Positions 40,613 to 54,464 of a stretch of 64,000 bases of DNA are shown one piece after another (the first letter of the stretch is position 1; every line of letters begins with the position of its first letter). Under the pieces are notes generated by a model that saw only the letters and a list, made by a program, of their open reading frames with translations, was not told the DNA's origin and did not search any database. This stretch comes from Octopus vulgaris (lineage: Eukaryota): positions 107,384,001 through 107,448,000 of the forward strand of contig OX597817.1 in the NCBI GenBank assembly GCA_951406725.2. Direction: 5' to 3'. Position numbers and translations under genes: made by a program.

Positions 40613-40648
40613 CTTTCTGTCGAAGAGCGTAGGCTCGAAACGTAAAAG
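40613..40648 (+). ncRNA. Minimal type I hammerhead with mutated core (CTGTCGA)
   Basis: CTTT-CTGTCGA-A-GAGC(GTAG)GCTC-GAAA-CG-TA-AAAG, the same architecture as 54465-54499. Confidence 0.65.
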
Positions 40649-40696
40649 ACTTTTTCATTTTTTGAGTGTCAAATTAATACACTTGCTTCTTGTTCC

Positions 40697-40750
<54 letters not shown>

Positions 40751-40870
40751 TTCATTATTGTTTTTTGTATTTCATATTCGTGTGGCATCGTCCGTTTTTC
40801 TGTCCCTATTTCGTATACATTCGATCCTTCTTCCAAGAAATCTAATGCTCGTAGCTTAGTTTTTCCTGGG

Positions 40871-40943
40871 GGCTGGCCGGATCGGAGCAATCTCAAGATT
40901 AATCAGCCGAAATTGCTACGATGATCCGGTTCTTGACTGAAGA
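40871..40943 (+). ncRNA. Candidate hammerhead with non-canonical (pseudoknotted) strand order
   Basis: GGCTGG / CCGGATC / AGCAA-TC-TCAAGA / TCAGCC-GAAA-TTGCT / GATCCGG / TCTTGA-CTGAAGA. Compensatory changes in the copy at 40323-40379. Confidence 0.6.
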
Positions 40944-41023
40944 TTGAGGGCTTCGAATGTCCCGTCCGTGTTTTTGTATCGTCTTCTAAGTGTTTTGCGT
41001 TCTTGTCCCAGTTTGTATTTTTC

Positions 41024-41083
<60 letters not shown>

Positions 41084-41084
<1 letters not shown>

Positions 41085-41442
41085 AAGGGTGAAAAGGAAC
41101 ACACGAGTTGATATATATGAAAAAACAAGTCAAAAATAGAAAATGCTAAAATAATTTTATAGTGAACATTTCAGTACCGGTTTCGGTCATTTTGAGACCT
41201 TTTCAACTGTAACGATTAAATAATTAAATTTAGAAAAATTAGAAGAAAAGTTTTTTTAAAGGAATATTTCTATAGTAGTGTTCAGATATAAGTAGCATTC
41301 TGCCTTTCTCTGACTCCCTTGTTTGCACTTGTGCAAATTAATTATTTAATCGTTACAGTTGAAAAGGTCTCAAAATGACCGAAACCGGTACTGAAATGTT
41401 CACTATAAAATTATTTTAGCATTTTCTATTTTTGACTTGTTT

Positions 41443-41454
<12 letters not shown>
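41084..41454. mobile_element. Young HHR-bearing foldback element in (TA)n
   Basis: Arms about 41111-41227 and 41338-41454 show no mismatch by eye. Outer tail TAAGGGTGAAAA. (TA)n on both sides. Confidence 0.9.
41356..41393 (+). ncRNA. Minimal type I hammerhead, U3-A8 core variant; antisense twin 41172-41209
   Basis: CAG-TTGAAAA-GGTC(TCAAAAT)GACC-GAAA-CCGG-TA-CTG with palindromic ACCGGT stem III. Confidence 0.82.
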
Positions 41455-41501
<47 letters not shown>

Positions 41502-42052
41502 GTACGTAGGTATGTGCGCATATATATATACATACATATATACGTGATATATTTATGGGCGTAGGAGTGGCTGTGTGGTAAGTAGCTTGTTTACCAACCA
41601 CATGGTTCCGGGTCCAGTCCCACTGCGTGGCATCTTGGGCAAGTGTCTTCTACTAATATCGCCGACCAAGCTTTCGTCATTGACTACACTGATGCTGTGT
41701 TTTCCTGCAGCTCACTTAAATTCTGCATGAAAAATGCATGTTTTCTCGAAAATACTCACTCCTTCTTTTACTTGTTTCGTCCATTGGTGGTATTGACAAG
41801 CATTACTTTCCCAATTGACCTTCCATATTTCACATACATTCAACGAGAACTTTACACAATTCTTAAATCGTAGATTTGCTTTTCGCTGGTGTCCTTTCCA
41901 CAAAGAAGTTCACCATGTGGCATCTACTTAGGGATAATCGGATCATTCACGCAAACTAGGTGTCCAGTCCAATATAAATGTTGCAGTGTATACAGTGCGC
42001 CATTTTAACTATATATATATATATATGTGTGTGTGTATGTATATATGTAATG

Positions 42053-42092
<40 letters not shown>

Positions 42093-42093
<1 letters not shown>

Positions 42094-43375
42094 GAGGGGC
42101 GTTCAATAAGTAATGCCCCTGACCCACTTCCCATAGCAGTAGAGCAACGAAACTTGGCACAGTTATTAGTCTTTTTCTACAGCGGAACCACCCAGAGTTA
42201 CGCATTTCTCCCATCGTTTGATGCGGCTCTGGAGACCGTTTTTGTAGAAGAACCCAGCTTGGTCCTCCAACCTCAACGTGACTTCAGAAATCAAGGCTGC
42301 ATCATCTGGGAAACGCTTTCCTTTCAAAAACAACTTCATGATTGGGAAGAGATGAAAATCAGAGGGTGCAACGTCAGGGGGGATGGGGAGGAGTTCATAG
42401 CCATACGCCTGTGCTTCTGATCTGGCGACAAGCGAGTTGTGGACCGGAGCGTTGTCCTGCAGGAGGAGGATGCCTTTGCTGATCTTGCCCCGCCTCTTGA
42501 TTTTGATAACTTCTCTTAATTTCCTCAAAAGTGAAGCATAATAGGCTCCTGCAATTGTGGTACCCTTTGCCAGGAAATCTGTCATCACTACTCCGTCCTG
42601 GTCCCAGAAGACTGTGAGCATGACCTTGCCAGCGGAGGGCTGCACCATTGCCTTCTTTGGAGGGGGTGAGTCACGGTGCTTCCACTGCATTGACTGGGAT
42701 TTGGTCTCTGGATCATCGTGATGGACCCAGGTTTCATCCTATGTAATCAGTCTTTTGAAAAATTTTGACTCATCTTCTTGGCACATCTCCAAATTCACCC
42801 TCGAGCACTCGACGCGTTCTTGCTTCTGGAAAGGCGTGAGCAACCTGGGAATCCATCTGGCAGACACCTTTTGCATATGCAAATGGTCATGAATGATAGT
42901 TTCCACATACCCGGTACTAATCTTGACCTCATGGACTATTTGGCGAATAATTATGCGTCGATCTTCCAAAATGGCAGCCTCAACTTGACGGACAGATGCC
43001 TCATCAATGGCAGAAGGGGGCGACCAGATCTGGGAGCTGTTTCCACAGAGTTCCGACCATGTTTGAATTCACGATGCCAGCGTTTTACAAGGTCATATGA
43101 TGGGGCATCATCACCATAAGTTACTTTCATTTCATCAAAAGTCTCCCGTGGTGTGCGTCCTTTCAAATACAAAAACCGGATCACTGCTCGACACTCAACA
43201 GGCTCCATTTCACACTTGACTCGGTTCAAACACCTGTAAATCAGAAACCACAATTAATTCAGAGCTGTAATTTGCCACTTACTCTATAGAGATATAAATG
43301 ATTGCACATGCAAAATTTCAGCTATATCAAACAACTGCAAGTGGGTCAGCGGCATTACTTATTGAACGTCCCTCG
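42093..43375 (-). mobile_element. Full-length but inactivated mariner (DD34D; probably irritans-like)
   Basis: TIRs CGAGGGGCGTTCAATAAGTAATGCC.CTGACCCACTT with TA TSD. Motifs WIPRLL, DETW, QDNAPVH and PDVAPSDFHLF. One stop, one frameshift, and a damaged YSPDL motif. Confidence 0.95.
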
Positions 43376-43444
43376 TATGTATATATATATGTATATATAT
43401 ATGTATATATATATATGTATATGTATATATGTATATGTATATAT

Positions 43445-43535
<91 letters not shown>

Positions 43536-43551
43536 AATACAAACATATATA

Positions 43552-43748
43552 CAGGACCCGGCAAAAAATGTATGCATAGTTAAAGAAAGGAAAAATCTGT
43601 ATAAATGTTTAACTTGTATACGTACCCCTATAAGTATAACTGCCTCTTCCGATATTTTTTTTTATCCAATTGCAATAACACTGAATTAAAATATTCATAC
43701 AGATTTTTCCTTTCCTAAAGTGTGTATACATTCTTTTGGCAGACTTTG
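43552..43748. mobile_element. Tc1/mariner-type MITE
   Basis: Imperfect TIRs of about 60 bp (…GAAAGGAAAAATCTGTAT…) with TA flanks. Confidence 0.7.
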
Positions 43749-44506
43749 TATATATTTATATATGTCTGTGTGTATGTGTATGTGAGAGTGTTGTGAGTCT
43801 GTGTGTACATATGTATGTCTATGTACACATACACACACACACACACACAAACACCACCACCCCGCACACGTGTATATATGACACCCTCTACTAAGCGAAG
43901 AGTTGAATCAACAGTTTTTTTTATTCTCTTCAGTAGCTCCCCGCAGAAGATAATTATTTCTGACACCTCTTTTATGCTCCTAATTAGAGCCATTTTGAGA
44001 TTTGAGATTTTCTTTGCTCAGAGTTTGGCCATGACCCCTCCACTATGTAACAAGAGCATTTTAAAATTATATGTATTCCACAGCAACCACTACGACCTCT
44101 ATGTAGCCTACATATGTTTCTAATGTTTGTTGAAAGGGGATAACCGTAGAGTTTCTACTTTTCACATTAATTAAACTTCCAACTTGAAGAATTGAAATAT
44201 ATTTACTCAGAAATCCTAGTAAATTATCCTTACTTCTCATCTTACATATAGCAATGCACTAAACCTTTCTCATATATATAAGTGTTCATGAATATACATG
44301 TATATCAGATTAAGTTATTTATTTATCTATTTTTTCGTATTTCAAGCTTTAATTAATAGTTCAAGCAAATTACATACGAAATTACATACGTTTATTTATC
44401 TGAATATCCTCCGTAATATTCTATTTGTCTGTTGCCATCGTTGTGTCAGAAGCTCAATTCTATGCCTATGTATGTATATATATATATCTATATATATATA
44501 TATATA

Positions 44507-45694
44507 AAGGGTGCGTAAGATATTTGAGGACAGATTTATGATTATAAAATAAACAGATATATAATAACAGATAACTTTATTTATCAAAAAATGCTATGAG
44601 GATGAAGATAAACCTTCTTTTCTAGAATGTTATTCAATAAAGCCACCTTCAACTTCTAAAACTGTTTCTATATGACATCTAAACATCTACATGCTCAAAT
44701 CAAGTGGTCCTGGTTCATTTTGGACATCACTCTGACTATGCCAGCTTTCAAAGAATCTTTGGTGTTATGGGTGTGTTCATTGACCTCTCTCTCTACAAAG
44801 CTCCACTTGTAATAGTCCAATGGATTGAGATCTGGGGAATTAAGAGGCCAAATATGAGGAGTTATGTGATACTGAAAATTTTCAGCCATCCATTTCTGTG
44901 TTAGTAGGGCCATGTGTGATAGTGCAGAGTCTTAGTGAAACACATATGGCCTTCATTGCATACAATGCCTATCCAGAGCTTAACAGTTATTTCCAGGACC
45001 TCAATGTAGGCGGCAGAGTTAACTCTAAGGCCTTGTGGAAAGAAGTAAGGATGCATCAAATGTCGTTTCATTGCTGACAACTCCTTAAACCATAACAGTT
45101 GAAGGAAATTTTGTATGCATAACACTTGGAACTTCAGAAGGGTCTGCATATAACCATGTGTCATTTCTTCTGTTAACGTTTTGATCTTAGTCGAAGTTTT
45201 TCTGCTGGATTTTTCCGTTTGTTTAAGAGCCATTTAGACCTCATGTAGTGATTTTCTTTTGTTTTTTCTGACAAATTGACCTTTCCTCATTATATGAAAC
45301 TTATATCTGATGTCTTCGTGGACAACATTTCTGACTGTTTCTTCTGATACATGGAGAACTCTTGCAATTGACCCCATGGACTTTCTGGGATTTTTAATCA
45401 ATGGTCTGTCGAACTTGCTGAATAAATTCAGGTGTTCTAATTTTAGAGCCTTTAGAATGCTTTCTTTATGCTTTGATACTGGTGATACGTTTCCCTCTTC
45501 AGTCTCTAGCTCCTTACAAACTTTGTACACGAAAGATCTGGCAACTTTTAAAAATTGAGATATCTCTAAATTGATATGCTCAGCCTTTATTAGGGTCTAC
45601 CATTATTATTTTCTGAAACAAAGATTATACAGAGTTAGCAAAAAATGCAGCAATGACCCCAAAAAGGTTTGTCCTCAAATACCTTATGCACCCT

Positions 45695-45695
<1 letters not shown>
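44507..45695 (-). mobile_element. Decayed maT/DD37D-like Tc1-mariner element
   Basis: TIRs AAGGGTGCGTAAGATATTTGAGGACA / TGTCCTCAAATACCTTATGCACCCTT. Motif WPLNSPDLNPLDYY.W and HTH SIARVLHVSEETVRNVV. Confidence 0.88.
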
Positions 45696-45731
<36 letters not shown>

Positions 45732-45732
45732 C

Positions 45733-45789
<57 letters not shown>

Positions 45790-45840
45790 TATGCATTTTG
45801 CATGATTCTTGATATGAAATCGTGTGTGGAAATAAGTATT

Positions 45841-46232
45841 GTTATACTTGGGTATTGGTCATACTTTGCCAATCTTGCCAATTAAACACACGCACAATAT
45901 ATTGGGGCTTCACTTACGTTTCATTATTATTATTCTTTTAGTTTCTTCGTCAAAGCTCTTTCGTCAGGCATCCTGTGACCCCTTTAGCGACACTCTGTCC
46001 CGCCTGTTTCCTCTTGTTCTGTTTATTTCATTTTCCTAAAATGGAATAAGCAGTAAAAGAGGAGACACAGAGGCTAGAGAGTCTCTAATAAGGTAACAGG
46101 ATGTGTAACAAAAGACCTTTTTCACAAAGGAACTAGAATAATAATAAAAATATAGCTGAAATGAAGATCAGATATATGGTGCGTGTGTTTAATTGGTAAA
46201 ATTGGCAAACTATGACCATCTCCAAGAATAAC
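45841..46232. repeat. Diverged palindrome of about 390 bp between (CA)n tracts
   Basis: Self-complementary from the ends (GTTATACTTGG…/…CCAAGAATAAC) to the centre CATTTT-CCT-AAAATG near 46029-46043. Confidence 0.75.
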
Positions 46233-46566
46233 ATCACGCACACACGCACGCACACATACACGTGCGCCCCCCCCCCCTCCACAAATACAGTTTGTGCAAA
46301 ACGAAAACTGAAAACACCAAATACATTATTACCAACTGCAAGAGAATATTGTTATACATCGCTGGACATAATGCACTTTACATTGTGTTAGTTTTCGAAT
46401 GATGCCACCCCACTAGTTAGTCGGGTAGACCAATATTCCTCCTGAACGGAAAGTCAGTCTGTTGCAGGGTTTATCCATTTAGCGCTGAGCAGATTTGAGC
46501 GACGTGAAATGAAGTGTTTTGCTGAAGGGCACAACGCACAGTCGATCTGGGTATTTGAAACCACAA

Positions 46567-46803
46567 TACCTATTTCTTTACTACCCACAAGGGGCTAAAC
46601 ACAAAGAGGATAAACAAGGACAGACAAACGGATTAAGTCAATTATATCGACCCCAGTGCGTAACTAGTACTTATTTAATTGATCCCGAAAGGATGAAAGG
46701 CAAAGTCGACCTTGGCGGAATTTGAATCCAGAACGTAACGGCTGACGAAATACCACTAAGCATTTCGCCCGGCGTGCTAACGATTCTGCCAGCTCACCGC
46801 CTT
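46567..46803 (-). mobile_element. Full-length tRNA-derived SINE
   Basis: The minus strand runs from GGCGGTGAGCTGGCAGAATCG through the B box to the tail GCCCCTTGTGGGTAGTAAAGAAATAGGTAT. Confidence 0.88.
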
Positions 46804-47544
46804 AGCGATCGTGAATGTAACATGTATGTATGTATGTATGTATGTATGTATGTATGTATGTATGTATGTATGTATGTATGTATGTATGTAGGTAGGTAGG
46901 TAGGTAGGTAGGTCGGTCGGTCGGTAGGTAGGTAGGTATGTATGTATGTAGGTATGAGGAAACCGTAAGAAACAGCTGTCATGATTTTACTTGCCAGAAA
47001 ATATAAAGGCTAGCATTTTTTCGATTTATCACGTTTATTCGAGGGTGCGTTGGTGTAAAATGGAAATGAAACTCTATGCAGTTCAATGTTCAGTTAATGA
47101 TTTCTATATCTCTTTTCTTACATACACAGGAAGTTATAAATAATAGGTAAGATCACAGCAGGATTCATTTTTACAAATCCCAAGCCAATCAAAGAAATCT
47201 CTATGTGATCGTTCGACAAGCTAGAAATAGCAGTCCAATCTCTCTGAAATCACAATCTTCCGTCTTAAAATGGGAAAGAAGCACTGGATAAAGTATTCTT
47301 AAATAACCCTTGTATGCGGGTTGGTCACAGCTTTTATCCTGCTTTTGGTCACAAGTCTCCTTGAAAAGGGCTTACAGGTTGCTAATCATCATTATCAGCA
47401 GAAGCAGTAGCATAAAAGTTATCATCATCATTAGCAAGAACAAGAACAACAACAATAATCTTTATGCATTACATTAACACTGGTACACAGGTTGATTATC
47501 AGTATAACGATATACGTGGTATTCTATGTTGTACTTGATTCTCC

Positions 47545-47575
<31 letters not shown>

Positions 47576-47899
47576 TTTTCTTTCTTTCTTTCTTTCTTTC
47601 TGTGTCTGTCTGTCTGTCTTCTTCGTTCTCTCTTTCTCTCTTGCTGTGTCTCTGTATATACAAGGGGTTCAGGCTAAATTTGACGATTTTCTTGTTTATT
47701 TCTTCTCTAGAACAGTTTGATGTATTGGTGAACAGTCAACGGTGTTGGCGAGCCTAAATATTATAGTCGCAGTAGAGAAAAAGCTAGCTGACATAGAGGA
47801 TTGGAAAACATGTGAATATTGGAAAAGAGTTACTTCACCCTGGGTGTCAAAATGCCGACTTCATGACTTCGAATGACACCACCGGCGGCGACTCATCTT

Positions 47900-48745
47900 A
47901 ACGAAATTGTACCATTGTCAAATCTATCCTTTCCCCAAACAACTTCTTCAATCTTTCTCCTCTTTCTTTTTCCAGCAGAATAGCTATCGTCCCTTCATTG
48001 TACTCTATAGGCGCCAATTTAATCCTAATTACGTTCTTCATCTTTGCAATATTTTTTTTCTGTCTCTACACTTTTTGTGTATTGTACAATTGTTCCTTTT
48101 CTCTTTTCCCTTTTGGTGTCACTCTCTGTTATCTTTCACCAATCTCTTCTTCTGTTACTGGTATTCCTATATCTGTATGTCTCTCATTCTCTCTTTCATT
48201 TTCCATTTTCTTCTGTACTCTCTCCTCCTTGCTAGATGATGGTACCGGTCTCTGCGTTCGCTTCTCACAGTTGTTGACCTTTCATTTTTTCATGTTTTCC
48301 ATTCTGCGTCTCCTCTCCACTTGCCTTTCTTTTCTTCCTAGGACTCTTTGGTGGTGAGTCTGTGTTACTTTTCTTCCTCTTTACCACTATATACTGTTCT
48401 TCCATTTTTTTCCTCCTCTACGGTTAAACCCTCTTTTTCTTGATGTTCCCTCTCTATCTCCTCCTCTTCGTGTTACTGGGGACACCAAGCTTTCATATGT
48501 CCCCTTACTCTACATAGATAGTATAGGGGAGGTCTTCCTTCCACTACAACTCTCAACCTCGTCTCGTCTGGTAGTACCAATTCTTCTGCAATTTTGTGGA
48601 GGGAAACTGCTCAATTCCTGGCTTGAGTGAATTGCTACTGGAAAGCCATATGTGTAGGCGCAAACTTCGGCTCTATGTCATACCTCCGGAGTCAGAAGTG
48701 GTTATCGGAGAATTTCTATGACATTACCAACCCAAATTTCCAGCT
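47900..48745 (-). mobile_element. L1/Tx1-type ORF1 relic
   Basis: Minus strand 48600-48476 translates LHKIAEELVLPDETRLRVVVEGRPPLYYLCRVRGHMKAWCPQ, a degenerate CCHC knuckle after EGRPP. Confidence 0.7.
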
Positions 48746-48819
48746 ACCTAATTTTCACGATTGTAATCCCATGTGAAGGGTGATTATACATACATACATA
48801 TAACATACTATAAACATAC

Positions 48820-48884
<65 letters not shown>

Positions 48885-51395
48885 CATACATACATGCACA
48901 CATACACATAAATACAATATACACACAAACACACACACACACACACACATACACACACACACACACACACAGAAATATGCATATTTAAATATCGCCTGCA
49001 GAAAACCGAAATACGTTTCTATTAGAATTTTTCCTTAAAGAGTCTTGTATAAGGCCAAAATAATGTGAGAAGAGATAAAATAACTGCAAAAATGTAAGAA
49101 AACAAAACAAGGCTGTAGTTTTGTAGTTTTACGCTATATTATTATAGTTCGGGGCTATGATCTCTTCCTTAGGACATGAGGAAAAGCGAGGGACGGAAAA
49201 AGGTCGTTGCTCACACATCTGAGCATATGTAGGGTGTCCGGGATAAAGTTGACAGTCTGAATTAAAAGAAAAGAAAATACAATTTCACACACTGCTTCAC
49301 CAAAACTACCCCGTTTTAATTAGAATATTTTTAGCATTGTTCCCAGAGCGCAAAGTTTCCATGTAATCTATCAAATATTTGACCTACAATAGAAATGTCA
49401 ACGATATAAATGTTAAAGAATAAATACACAACCCCGTCGATTATTGTGTTTGTGTATGCAGGAAAAGTTTTTGCTATGCTTTATTGAAGTTCTTTGCAGA
49501 GTTCAAGCCGACCACCCATAAAGTCTTGAGGTTTTATTGTTGATTCTTGAACCAAACAGTTACAGTGGTTTGTGAATATAGGAGATAGGGTGTGCGTATA
49601 TCTTGCATTGATATAATAGGTGTGCATATCTCTTTTGTTCACGATGTACGTTTTCTTCGTTATGTCTATGTTTTGTTATGTCTATGTTTCATTATTTGTT
49701 ATGTCTATATTTGCCACATACAAAGAGGTGTGCATGCGTGTTTTCCAAGACACTCAAATGGAGAATCTTTGGAATGTTTTATAAATATTCATTGTGTCAC
49801 TAATCCGTTGGATTTGAAGGAAGAAAGTCAGCTTTATTCTTTCTTGAAAAACCTGTATTCCAAGTATACAGCATAATGCACCTGTATTAAATAAGTAAAA
49901 ATCGAAATCTGTCGCTATGTATATGTGTACGTATGCGTGAATGTGTCGGTGTATCTGTGTGTGTGGAGAAACTTGAGCACATGTTGTGGGTGTGCATGTC
50001 ACTTTAGTACACAAATGTGTGTGCTTAATTACTGTTTATGTATGTGTTTCTCTGTGTGTGTAATCCATAACTACATGTTATTGTGTGCATGTGTTCACTC
50101 TGGAACCTCAAATATACAATCTCTGGTATCTTTTGCAAATTTTCACGGTACCATTTATCGATTATATTTGAAGAATGCGAATCAGCTTGCTTTGTTCTTT
50201 CCTGAAGAATCCCTGCATTTCTAGGCGTTTATGCAAATCTCTTGTTACACGATCCAGTGTTCTTATAACACAATCCCGGTACAAATGATCGTCTATAGCC
50301 TAGATGTAAGAGGTGTAAATTTCTCTGTTACTTCTCTATAGATGTTCCCTTTTCCTAAATCTTTGACGAGACATTAACATCGGCCAATCAGCTGACCACG
50401 TCATCAGTGCATCAATAACCATTTCTTAGGTTGTTAGCCAATTGATACAATGCAAACAAGACACAAAGCTCGTTAAACATTTTTGGCGACTGGGATGCAG
50501 AAAAGGAAACTATATGGGATGTATGATGAAAATTAGCTACTAGCTCAGAACAATGAAAAGGATAAGCCTATTTATTGTAAAATAAAACACTGGTAAACTA
50601 ATATGAAAAGTGAAAGGAGACAACGTAGCACTATATAACAGTGCAATGTTTACGTCGCAGAAGACAAAAAAAAAGCATTTTTGGATGATGTTATAAACAA
50701 CTAATGGAGTGTAGAAGGATACATTTGCATACATGACAAGAAGGTAGTATATTTGCCGAGTAATTATAGCGACGAATAAACTTCATTGCGGCATTCGTTC
50801 TGGCTTTGTACACTCTGAGCTCAAATAACATCGAGGTCAACTTTGCCCTCCATTCTTTCGAGATCGAAAAATAAAGTACCAGTCTTCTAAAGCAGTTGAT
50901 TCTTCTTTTCCATTCGCTTTTTTACCGTCTCCCTGTCTCTCCCCACTTCTCCCCCTATCTCTGTCTCTGTCTATGTTTCTCTTTCCCTTTGAGAAATCTG
51001 CTATGTTTAGATCTACAGTGGTTTGGGCTCCGTCAGACCTAAAATTGGTGAACTTCTCCCACTGCTTTTTTCGTTCCGGTTTTCCACAATATTCACAGAC
51101 CAGATGTGACACTTCTTGACTTCAAATGTAAAAGAACCGTTGTTATATTCTTCCTACCAGCCCTTCTGACCAGTGCTGGGATGTGTTTTAGCCAAAATCT
51201 GTTGTATAAAACAATTGATAAAATCGCTTATGTACTGTGCGTATATATGTATAATTACTAATTATGAATAATTTTATATAATTATTTTTCTCACTTGACT
51301 GGCAGTTGGAAATTCTCACCATTTTAGTGTTTCTCCGTATATTTATCACTGAATCTTTACTTCCACTCTTCGACTAATTTATATATATATATTCT

Positions 51396-51566
51396 CCCGT
51401 CGCACGCCACTTCCGCTCGGCCGGCCATTCCCGAGATGACATCTCAGTGTTTGGTCTCGCCCCCCACAATGGTCGCCCACTTTCCAGGCTCCACTTGGAG
51501 CAACGCTACATCTTCACCCTACAAACTACCACCCCACACGGACTTAACACAGCCCCCTCCTCTTGA
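51396..51566 (+). pseudogene. PLE GIY-YIG endonuclease C-terminal fragment (not in the ORF track)
   Basis: In-frame PVARHFRSAGHSRDDISVFGLAPHNGRPLSRLHLEQRYIFTLQTTTPHGLNTAPSS*, matching the PVA.HF...H...R...E...I..L.T..P.GLN pattern. Confidence 0.85.
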
Positions 51567-54464
51567 GACCGTTTTTTTTTTTTTTTTTTTTTTTCGGACA
51601 CACCACCCACCTACCTCCCACCCACCTACCTCCCACACGCCTGTTCACACACACACATACGTAGACCCATCTACGTACATACATTCACACATTTAATCAC
51701 AGACACTTACAGACACACATGCACATACACACACACATACATACTTACACACACGCATACATACTTACACACACACACACACACACAGACATACATACAC
51801 ACATACACACACACATACATACGCACATACATACACACACACTCACACACACACACCGCACGTACATACTTCACACACACACACATGCACACATACATGT
51901 AGGCACATACATACATACATACCCACACATGCACACCCGTACACTGAATGCACACACACATACACCTTTTTGCATCCAGGCAGCCCCCCTCTTTTCTGCT
52001 TTCCGGTTTTGGCTGATGGATCCTCGGTTCCCGCGTAGCGGGGCGTTCGAGGGCCTTTGCGCTCGCGCGCCTTGGCGCGCGCTGGGGGCTCGGTCGGCCC
52101 CTTTGGGCTTGCGTTGCACTGCTTGTGCGCTGTGTGCGTGAGCGCGCTTCGTGTGTGTGGGCTTGCTTCGGATGTGCGCATGCGTATGTTTGCATACATA
52201 CCCACACACTCGCATGCATCCCTACCCACATACATACACGCACACCTACTCACACACACACATACACACACATCCACATACCCGCACACACACACACATA
52301 CATACATACACACACATACCCACTTCAGACATACACACACACAGACATACACCCATACACCCACACTCACACGCATACACACACACATACACACGCACAC
52401 GTACACGTACACACACACACACACACACACACACCTACATACATACATTACACTTGTATACACACACACTTACATTCATACACACACACACCTACACAGC
52501 CATACCCTCACTCAGACACACACATCTACCTACACACACACACAAACACACACTGACACACACCCATACATACATCTACACACTCACGCCTACACACATA
52601 CATACACACATACAAAAACACACACACATACACATACACACACATACGCACACACGCATATACTTATACACATGCACACACACACACATATATACATACA
52701 CCCATATACATACACACACACATACCTACATACTCCTATACGCACATACATACACACAGACATACACACATACACACTCACACAAACATACACACACACA
52801 TACTTACACACACACTCACCTGCACGCGCACACACATGCATGACAAACACCCATACACTCACACTCACATACGCACACACCAACATAAACACGCACACGC
52901 ACACACACACCTACACTCCCACACACATACACACGCACCTACATACACACACGCACGCATACACACGCATACACACATACATTACACACGTACACACACA
53001 CCTACATACACATGCATACACACACACACACAAACATGCACGGACACACCCAGACATACATACATACACCTATATACACACGCCCACACACCTACATACA
53101 CACACATATACACACGCCCACACAGCTACATACACACACATACATACACACATACACGGACACACCCATACATACTTACATACATACACCTATACACACA
53201 CGCCTACACACCTACACACACACATGCATACACACACACATGTACGCACATACACACACATATACGCACACACATATATACCCACACACATGCACACACA
53301 CACACACACATACGCACATACATGCACGCATGCACACGCGCACACCTACACGCATACACACACACACACACGCACGTACACATACATACATACACACACG
53401 CATACATACACCCATACACATACATGCATCCTACACACACATACATACACACTCACACATACATACACACACACGCACTCACTCACACACCTGTATGTTC
53501 GCGCACACACATGCACATACACACACTTCCCCACACCCACACGTACATACATACACACTCATACACATACACACACACACACACACACGGACATACATCT
53601 ATGCACACACATATATACACACATACTCACATACATTCATCGGACACACTGCCACCCAGACATACACACAGACACACTCACACATCCACACACACACATA
53701 AGTACGCGCACACTCGCAGGCGCGCGCACACACGCGCTTGCGCCGGTTCGCGCACGCATGCGCGCCGCATGCACCTCGCCCTTGGACCCGACGAGACCTC
53801 CCGCCCGTTCCTGGGATGTCGCTTGTCGTTGGGTTTTCCCACGCCCGTCTCCGCGGGACCACTCTTCCATCTTCCCCTCCGCTGGAGTCCTTTTCCTAAC
53901 CCCCCCCCCCTTTTTTTTTTTTTTTTCGTTACACACACGCGCACACATATACACACATTGCTTAAACATATACATTACTCTTACACACATTCAATCTACT
54001 CGCCACTAATACTACCACGACACTGGACACACACACACACTACTACTCAACACACGCTTGCACGCTACATACGCCCCCACCCCTTCCCCTCCCTCCCTTC
54101 CTCCTTCCTCCCTTTTCTTACTACTGACCTTTGTCTGCTATGCTGCTGCTATGCTGACCACCGTCTCGCCCTACCTCACACGCCTACACACAGACGCACA
54201 CACTAACACATACATATATTTTTTGTTTTTTTACCTCGCCTCACACACACACATACACACACGCACACGCACACACTCACACATACACACACATCTGTTG
54301 CGTTACCAACCTTGTCTCCACTCTTTTGCCTTTAAAAACCCACTTTGCTCTTGTTATCGTAAACATCCGCCTTTCACCATGTGCTACTCCTAACACCAGT
54401 CGTTTTTTTCTCTATCTCCGTTGCCCGCTCCGGGATCTTTCTTTCCTCTCTCTTCCTTCTTTAT

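Noticed and set aside
45940-45975. Minus-strand CTGACGA in the old palindrome
   Set aside because: GAAA is not adjacent to the hairpin and there is no stem I partner.
52057-54206. 650-aa and 456-aa His/Thr-rich ORFs
   Set aside because: Translations of degenerate (CA)n that lacks stops by composition; no domain signal.
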